Both the position numbers and the translations under genes were made by a program. The notes beneath the pieces are model-generated. The model had not been told where the DNA came from. It did not search any database and saw nothing but the letters and a program-made list of their open reading frames with translations. From contig JBNJGH010000029.1 in the NCBI GenBank assembly GCA_051747585.1, positions 1 to 31,993 on the forward strand: 31,993 nt of DNA, in the 5' to 3' direction. Source of the stretch: Candidatus Rifleibacteriota bacterium. Lineage in GTDB: Bacteria; Muiribacteriota; Ozemobacteria; Ozemobacterales; Ozemobacteraceae. Positions 26,014-31,993 of the stretch are shown piece by piece (position 1 is the stretch's first letter; each line of letters begins with the position of its first letter).

Positions 26014-27489
26014 ATGCTTTTCTCTCGCAGCAAAAGAAGTGTTAAACAACTTCGGCTTCCGCGTGGAGCTGAAAATCTTCTTTTTCTGATTTTTATCGCC
26101 CTGGATCTGCTGATAATGAATGCAGTTTTTATCGGCGTTTTCAGACTCTGGTTTATTGAGCATCCTAACCCGGAAATGTATGTAAATGCTTATTTGCAGG
26201 TGCGCCCATGGTTGGTCGCTTTCTATGTTTTTTTTGGGGTGCTGAGCGGATTGTTTAAAATCAGAGAGCTAAAAGCGGCTTCAGATATTTTTTCTTATGC
26301 TACCAGCACTTTGCTGGCTTCATTTGTCAGTTTCAATCTATTAACCTTTTTATCTAGATCTATGGCCCGCCAGTCCTATACTTTTCCTCGTCCTGTGTTT
26401 CTTATGGCGACAGCATTGAGTATTGTGGCCGTTTTTATTTTAAGAGTCATTTTCACCCGCTTTTTAAAGCCCCACCCTTTAATTAAAAGAACTATTATTA
26501 TTGGTAATGAGCTTGAGGGTAAAAGAATAATAAAGCATTTTCATAAGCGTGGAGGAATAAGGCTCAAGCTCGTAAGTGTGTTAGCTTCCGGACAAATAGA
26601 AGATCTGGCTTCTGAAGTTGTTTTTCGGCATGCCCATGAGGTCTTTGTAACAGATCCTGCTCTGAATCTTGATAAGTTCTGGGCTCAGATCTATTATTTC
26701 CGCAAAGAAGAGCCGCATGATTTCAAGGTTAGAATTACAACTGATCCTCGAAAAACTGCTGGAAGTATAGGCTTGAGAAGCCTCGAAGATTTTCCTCTGA
26801 TTAGCATTGGCTCACATCCGTTGAGTAAATTTCAAAGACTGGGTAAAAGAATCTTCGATATTTTATTCTCTTTGTTCGCACTGCTTTTAACTTCTCCTGT
26901 AATGATATTGACCGCGATTCTGGTAAAACTCGACTCCAGGGGGCCCACTTTCTTTAAGCAGAAAAGGGTCGGTCGTTATGGCAAAGAGTTCGATGTTATC
27001 AAATTTCGCTCGATGCGCACCGGAGCAGAGGCTGGGAAAGGCCCGAAGGTAGCGACGGCAGACGACCCCAGAGCTACGGCGCTTGGTAAGTTTATGCGTA
27101 AATACGGCATAGATGAATTGCCTCAATTTTTTCTCGTATTGACCGGAGAAATGTCTGTAGTCGGTCCCCGACCCGAAAGACCTTTTTTTGTTCGCGAATA
27201 CTGTGAATTTCAAGGGCGCCGTCTTTCGGTTAAGCCAGGTGTTACCGGCTTGGCGGCGGTAAACTCAAGGTTTTATCTCAGGCTCGTAGATAAGGTTACT
27301 TATGATTATTTTTATCTTGATAATTACAGCCTTATTCTCGATGTAAAAATCATTTTTCAAACAATATGGGTTCTTGCATTTGAGTCCAGTCTGGCTCTTG
27401 AAGATCAGCACCATAATCTGGACGAAATGAAAATCCCGCCTGAAGACGAGTTTTCAGAAGACGATTCCGGGCAAAATAACCAAAACTAA
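26014..27489 (+). CDS. Priming phosphoglycosyl (sugar) transferase, WcaJ/WbaP-like
   Basis: N-terminal TMs; KRIFD, KFRSM, DDPR, DELPQ, GEMSVVGPRPE, KPGVTG. Confidence 0.92.
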   Translation: MLFSRSKRSVKQLRLPRGAENLLFLIFIALDLLIMNAVFIGVFRLWFIEHPNPEMYVNAYLQVRPWLVAFYVFFGVLSGLFKIRELKAASDIFSYATSTLLASFVSFNLLTFLSRSMARQSYTFPRPVFLMATALSIVAVFILRVIFTRFLKPHPLIKRTIIIGNELEGKRIIKHFHKRGGIRLKLVSVLASGQIEDLASEVVFRHAHEVFVTDPALNLDKFWAQIYYFRKEEPHDFKVRITTDPRKTAGSIGLRSLEDFPLISIGSHPLSKFQRLGKRIFDILFSLFALLLTSPVMILTAILVKLDSRGPTFFKQKRVGRYGKEFDVIKFRSMRTGAEAGKGPKVATADDPRATALGKFMRKYGIDELPQFFLVLTGEMSVVGPRPERPFFVREYCEFQGRRLSVKPGVTGLAAVNSRFYLRLVDKVTYDYFYLDNYSLILDVKIIFQTIWVLAFESSLALEDQHHNLDEMKIPPEDEFSEDDSGQNNQN

Positions 27490-27514
27490 CTTTACCCATC
27501 GTACAGTTCCGTTC

Positions 27515-27542
27515 TTGCAAATTTGTGATTTTGGGATATAAT
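27515..27542 (+). promoter_or_regulatory. Putative sigma70-type promoter upstream of the nadA leader
   Basis: TTGCAA-16 nt-TATAAT. Confidence 0.6.
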
Positions 27543-27591
27543 ATTTTTAGAGCACTGAGGACTGGAAAATAAGAAAAAGCAAACCGAAATT

Positions 27592-27627
27592 GCGTCAGCT
27601 TAAGATTAGCTGGCGCTTTTTCCTTTT
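27592..27627 (+). terminator. Intrinsic terminator upstream of nadA
   Basis: GCGTCAGCT-taagatt-AGCTGGCGC (one G.U pair) followed by TTTTTCCTTTT. Confidence 0.75.
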
Positions 27628-27688
27628 GCTTATTATTAAAAGAAACTTATGTTATCATACTGATTCAAACCATCGCGGGGGGCAACTA

Positions 27689-28720
27689 ATGCTTGAAAGC
27701 ACTGATTTTACTGCACGTCTTAAGAAAAAAGTTCCTGAGCAATTACCTGAAAAAATTGATGCACAAAAACAGGCAGAACTATTTGCAGACATAAAAAAAC
27801 TGCTCAAGCAAAAAAATGCTGTTCTTATCGCCCACTATTATACAGACGATTCTATACAGCGATTAGCTGAAGAGACAGGCGGTTTTATAGGCGATTCTCT
27901 TGAAATGGCAAGGTTTGGAGCCGAACACAAAGCGAAAACCCTGGTTGTGGCAGGAGTAAGGTTCATGGGCGAAACAGCTGCAATTTTAAGCCCCGATAAA
28001 AAGGTTCTTATGCCTGATTTGTCTGCAGAATGCTCTCTTGATATCGGCTGTGAGCCAGATGAATTTAGAAAATTTTGTCAGCAATATCCAGATCGAACCG
28101 TTGTGGTTTATGCCAACACCGCAGCTGCAATAAAGGCGCAGGCTGACTGGACTGTAACTTCAAGTATCGCTGTAGATGTAATTAAGTATTTAGCCAATAG
28201 AGGAGAGAAGATTCTCTGGGCTCCGGATCGTTTCCTGGGTAATTATATCAAAAAAGAAACTGGCGCTGATATGGTATGCTGGAATGCCTACTGTGTGGTT
28301 CATGCTGAATTTAATGCCGCAGCGATCAAAGAGCACAAAAAGATTTATCCGGACGCGCCTGTTCTGGTTCATCCCGAATCACAACCCGAAGTAATCGAGC
28401 TGGCAGATGTTGTGGGTTCAACTTCACAACTATTGAAGGCAACGCAGAAAATGAGTGCTTCCAGTTTTATTGTCGCCACCGAAAATGGAATTTTGTATAA
28501 AATGCTGCAGGCTTCGCCCGATAAAGAGTTTATTTTTGCACCAACCGCCTCTTTTAATTCAGAAATGAAACATGAAACAACCTGTCCCTGGATGAAAATG
28601 AACAGTTTGCAAAATATTTATGAGGTGCTCAAAAAAGAAAATAACCTGATTGAACTTGAGCCGGAAATTATTAAAAAGGCTCTTATACCATTACAGAGAA
28701 TGTTAGATTTCAGGAAGTGA
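27689..28720 (+). CDS. nadA: Quinolinate synthase
   Basis: [46 protein letters not shown] 27689 follows a G-rich RBS. Confidence 0.96.
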   Translation: MLESTDFTARLKKKVPEQLPEKIDAQKQAELFADIKKLLKQKNAVLIAHYYTDDSIQRLAEETGGFIGDSLEMARFGAEHKAKTLVVAGVRFMGETAAILSPDKKVLMPDLSAECSLDIGCEPDEFRKFCQQYPDRTVVVYANTAAAIKAQADWTVTSSIAVDVIKYLANRGEKILWAPDRFLGNYIKKETGADMVCWNAYCVVHAEFNAAAIKEHKKIYPDAPVLVHPESQPEVIELADVVGSTSQLLKATQKMSASSFIVATENGILYKMLQASPDKEFIFAPTASFNSEMKHETTCPWMKMNSLQNIYEVLKKENNLIELEPEIIKKALIPLQRMLDFRK

Positions 28721-28723
28721 AAT

Positions 28724-29566
28724 ATGGAACTTGAAAAGATTATTTCAGAATCGGTAAAAATTGCTTTAAATGAAGATTTGCAGGGGCAAAAAGATATTAC
28801 CTCTTTAATGATACCCGAAACTCGAAAAGCTAAAGCCTTGGTTATAACCCGTGAAGATATGATTCTTGCCGGCCAGGCATGGGTAAATAAGGTTTTTAGC
28901 AGTCTTGATCCTGAGGTGAAAATCGAGTGGAATTATGAAGATGGTGATGATATCGAGGCAGATTGTCTTATTTTCACTGTTGCGGGTAAGGCCAGAGCTT
29001 TGTTGACTGCAGAAAGAACAGCCTTGAATTTCCTTCAGACTTTGTCGGGAGTTGCCACAGTTACCAGGCAATTTGTAAACAAGATGGGCAATTCATCTAC
29101 ACAATTGCTCGATACCAGAAAAACCGTTCCGGGGCTTAGAATGGCGCAAAAATACGCTGTAAGCTGTGGCGGTGGTACTAATCATAGAATAGGTTTGTTT
29201 GACGCTTTTTTAATTAAAGAAAATCATATTAACGCCTGTGGCTCTATTACCGAAACGGTAAAGGCGGCGCGCAATATAGATCGCAATAAAAGCATCGAGG
29301 TAGAAGTCGAAAGCCTTATGGAACTCCGTGAAGCTTTGCAGGCCGGCGCAGACATAATAATGCTCGATAACTTCTCGGTCGAAGATATAACAAAAGCAGT
29401 CGAAATAAACTCAGGTAAATCAAAACTCGAAGTTTCGGGCGATGTGGGGCTTCATAATATTGCAGAGCTTGCCGCGACCGGAGTGGACTATATTTCATCC
29501 GGTTCGCTGACCAAGCATGTCAGAGCGATTAATTTATCTATGAGATTTGATTTGAGAGTCGAGTAA
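28724..29566 (+). CDS. nadC: Nicotinate-nucleotide diphosphorylase (quinolinate phosphoribosyltransferase)
   Basis: ERTALN, LDTRKT, NHRIGL, IKENH, EVEVE, IMLDN. Confidence 0.97.
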   Translation: MELEKIISESVKIALNEDLQGQKDITSLMIPETRKAKALVITREDMILAGQAWVNKVFSSLDPEVKIEWNYEDGDDIEADCLIFTVAGKARALLTAERTALNFLQTLSGVATVTRQFVNKMGNSSTQLLDTRKTVPGLRMAQKYAVSCGGGTNHRIGLFDAFLIKENHINACGSITETVKAARNIDRNKSIEVEVESLMELREALQAGADIIMLDNFSVEDITKAVEINSGKSKLEVSGDVGLHNIAELAATGVDYISSGSLTKHVRAINLSMRFDLRVE

Positions 29567-29572
29567 ACCTTT

Positions 29573-31099
29573 ATGAAAAAGAACTTTGATGTTCTTGTTC
29601 TGGGCGCAGGCGCTGCCGGCCTGACTCTTGCTTTAAGATTGCCAGAGCAGATGTCGATTGCAGTTGTGTGCAAAGACGAACCCGAAGAAAACTCTACCAA
29701 ATATGCTCAGGGCGGTATTGCTTCTGTACTCGATGAATCTGATAATTTAGATTCTCATGTTCGAGATACTCTAATTGCTGGTGCGGGAATCTGCGATGAG
29801 TCGGCAGTGCGATTCACTGTCGAAAATGGCCCTGAATGTATTAAGTGGTTGCTCGAACAGGGTATTGAATTTACCAGAGCAGGGGCTTATAAAGACGCAC
29901 CATATCATCTGACCCGCGAAGGCGGGCATTCTCACAGAAGAATTATTCACGCCAGCGATGCTACCGGAGAAGAGCTGGAAAAAACTCTTTTGCGCTCGGC
30001 ACGCAAAAGGCAAAATATCAAAATATTTTCCGGTTTTGTTGGCATCGATTTGATCAAACATAATGATCGATGTGTGGGAGCCTATATTTATAATGAAGCT
30101 ACCGACCAGGTTGATACCTTTATTGCCGGAGCCGTAGCAATAGCAACTGGCGGTGCCAGCCGTGTCTATCTTTATTCCAGCAACCCTTCGGTTGTTAGTG
30201 GAGATGGCATTGCAATGGGCTATCGAGCCGGTTGTCGGGTCGAAAATCTTGAATTTAACCAGTTCCACCCAACCTGTTTGTACCAGCCCGAAGGAGGCTC
30301 TTTTCTTATTACTGAAGCTATGAGGGGCGAAGGAGCACAGCTTTTGTTACCTGATGGCACCAGATTTATGAAAAACTTTGATAAAAGACTTGAGCTTGCG
30401 CCTCGCGATATTGTTGCCCGGGCAATTGACTTTGAAATGAAACGGCTTGGCATTCGTCATGTGTATCTTGATATTTCTTTTAAAAGCTCAGACTTTATTC
30501 GCTCTCACTTTCCGACAATTTTTCAGAAGTGCCTGGATAAAGGTATAGATATTACTACTGAGGCAATTCCCGTAGTTCCGGCAGCTCACTATACTTGTGG
30601 TGGCTTAAAAGTAGATCTTAATGGTGGCACTGCCGTTTCCGGTTTGTATGCTTTGGGAGAAGCCAGTTGCACCGGTTTGCACGGGGCGAACCGTCTTGCA
30701 AGCAATTCACTCCTCGAGTGTCTTGTTTTTTCTACTTCTGCTGCTCGACATATCAGCGAAAATTATGCACCTCTTTGCGATGTCGAACATGTTCCGGAAT
30801 GGGATGACTCAAAGGTTGAGAAGCCCAGAGAAGAAGTTTTACTTCTTCATAGCTGGGAAGAAATAAGGCGCATTATGTGGAACTATGTCGGGATAGTTCG
30901 CAGTAATGAAAGATTGATAAGAGCGAAACGCCGCATAAATTTACTGAAAGATGAAATACAGGAATATTATGCACGGCATCGAGTTAACCGGAATTTTATA
31001 GAGCTGCGTCACCTGGTTCTGGTTGCAGAGCTGATTATAGAAGCTGCCATGCAACGCAAAAAATCAGTGGGCCTGCACTATAATATAGATTCTTTATAG
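29573..31099 (+). CDS. nadB: L-aspartate oxidase
   Basis: GAGAAG, AQGGIA, REGGHSHRRI, QFHPT, ELAPRD, AAHYTCGG, GLHGANRLASNSLLE. Confidence 0.97.
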   Translation: MKKNFDVLVLGAGAAGLTLALRLPEQMSIAVVCKDEPEENSTKYAQGGIASVLDESDNLDSHVRDTLIAGAGICDESAVRFTVENGPECIKWLLEQGIEFTRAGAYKDAPYHLTREGGHSHRRIIHASDATGEELEKTLLRSARKRQNIKIFSGFVGIDLIKHNDRCVGAYIYNEATDQVDTFIAGAVAIATGGASRVYLYSSNPSVVSGDGIAMGYRAGCRVENLEFNQFHPTCLYQPEGGSFLITEAMRGEGAQLLLPDGTRFMKNFDKRLELAPRDIVARAIDFEMKRLGIRHVYLDISFKSSDFIRSHFPTIFQKCLDKGIDITTEAIPVVPAAHYTCGGLKVDLNGGTAVSGLYALGEASCTGLHGANRLASNSLLECLVFSTSAARHISENYAPLCDVEHVPEWDDSKVEKPREEVLLLHSWEEIRRIMWNYVGIVRSNERLIRAKRRINLLKDEIQEYYARHRVNRNFIELRHLVLVAELIIEAAMQRKKSVGLHYNIDSL

Positions 31100-31104
31100 G
31101 AGTT

Positions 31105-31993
31105 TCATGGAGTAACCGGCCTGAGGTCTTCTTTGCCTTTCAGGTTGCTTATCATATCTACCAGCAGCTTTATAACCATATCTATATCTTTCATTGAAGC
31201 AATTTCTATTGGCGAGTGCATATATCGTAATGGCAAAGAAACCAGCGCAACCGGAACGCCCTGTCCTGAAAATTGCATTCTGTCGGCGTCGGTGCAGGTT
31301 CTGCCCGGTGTCAGCTCAAACTGCAGGGGTATTTTACTTTTTTTAGCGGTTTTTTCAAGAAGCTCATTGATTTTTACATTGATTGGACTGCCGATAGAAA
31401 GAGCCGGCCCCTTGTCAAGTTCTACCGCCGGCTTATGCTCTTTGTCTTCGCCGGGTGTGTCTGTGTTAAAGGTCACGTCGCAGGCTATAGCCATATTGGG
31501 CTTGATTCGAGACGCAGCGTAAAATGCTCCTCGTTGATTGGTTTCTTCTCCGGTTGAGCTGAGGCCGTAAACTGCAACTTTAAGATTTTTTTTGCTGAGC
31601 TTTCGCATTACTTCGGCAACAATAAAAGAACCGGTTTTGTCATCCAGAGCTTTGCAGACTATTCTGTTGTTCAATAACATTTCGGGCTTGCTTTTATAGA
31701 CTATGTAATCGCCGGTTCGCACGTATTTTTCCAGCTCTTTTGCGCTCTGTGCACCGCAATCTATAAAAAAGTCTTTGCAGGAAGGTTTTTCTGAAGCATC
31801 TTTATCTTTTTTTAATGAGTAGCCAATTACTCCGCTTATGGTTTTGCCAAATCCGAGAATATCTACTTTCAGACCGGGTAAAACCTTTGGGTTGATACCG
31901 CCTGATTTATCAAAGCGAATAAAGCCGTTTTCGTCGATTTTAGTCACCGTCATGCTTATTTCATCAGAATGGCCAGATAATAAAACCTTAAAA
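31105..31993 (-). CDS. M42-family aminopeptidase, 5' end outside the window
   Basis: Frame open to the window edge (FKVLLSGHSDEISM); KALDDK, EET, DVT, RYMHSP metal-ligand motifs. Confidence 0.9.
   Translation of the reverse strand, partial: FKVLLSGHSDEISMTVTKIDENGFIRFDKSGGINPKVLPGLKVDILGFGKTISGVIGYSLKKDKDASEKPSCKDFFIDCGAQSAKELEKYVRTGDYIVYKSKPEMLLNNRIVCKALDDKTGSFIVAEVMRKLSKKNLKVAVYGLSSTGEETNQRGAFYAASRIKPNMAIACDVTFNTDTPGEDKEHKPAVELDKGPALSIGSPINVKINELLEKTAKKSKIPLQFELTPGRTCTDADRMQFSGQGVPVALVSLPLRYMHSPIEIASMKDIDMVIKLLVDMISNLKGKEDLRPVTP

Noticed and set aside
27574..27600. c-di-GMP-I riboswitch suggested by GCAAACCGAAA
   Set aside because: The complementary strand and downstream GCAAAGC element are absent
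27590..27688. 33-codon N-terminal extension of NadA from TTG 27590
   Set aside because: Runs through a terminator hairpin, has no RBS and no NadA-like sequence
463..31557. Numerous short antisense or alternate-frame ORFs in the ORF track
   Set aside because: They overlap well-supported genes and show no recognisable motifs; treated as shadow ORFs
1..31993. CRISPR array, IS element, prophage or defence genes
   Set aside because: No spaced direct repeats and no transposase, integrase, cas or phage motifs recognised

Overview
Bacterial chromosomal window of mostly housekeeping genes, nearly all on the + strand. Gene order: structured non-coding stretch (1-346), orphan 809-aa exported protein, UPF0104 flippase-like protein, larB, larC, a reduced division/cell-wall block (murD-ftsW-murG-ftsQ-ftsA-ftsZ) with a terminator, a small convergent ORF, radical SAM protein, BMP lipoprotein, murI, zinc-ribbon/TM/beta-propeller protein, Cys-rich small protein, YjbH-like outer-membrane protein, nnr, YycJ-like MBL hydrolase, rlmH, cheR-cheB, ferritin/rubrerythrin-like protein, phosphoglycosyl transferase, nadA-nadC-nadB, and a 5'-truncated convergent M42 peptidase. 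The strongest signal is larC: it is split into two frames that a -1 shift rejoins into a 417-aa protein, with two in-phase slippery sites (A_AAA_AAG at 5507-5513 and an A10 run at 5528-5537). Other leads are a promoter-leader-terminator unit upstream of nadA (candidate riboswitch or sRNA), a proteobacterial-type nadACB whose NadA lacks the regulatory CxxC, an attC-like palindrome beside a 9-bp repeat array at the window start, and several unexplained proteins. The host looks diderm and probably anaerobic (inference). No CRISPR array, rRNA, tRNA, transposase or integrase was seen. All family calls come from motif recognition, not database searches.
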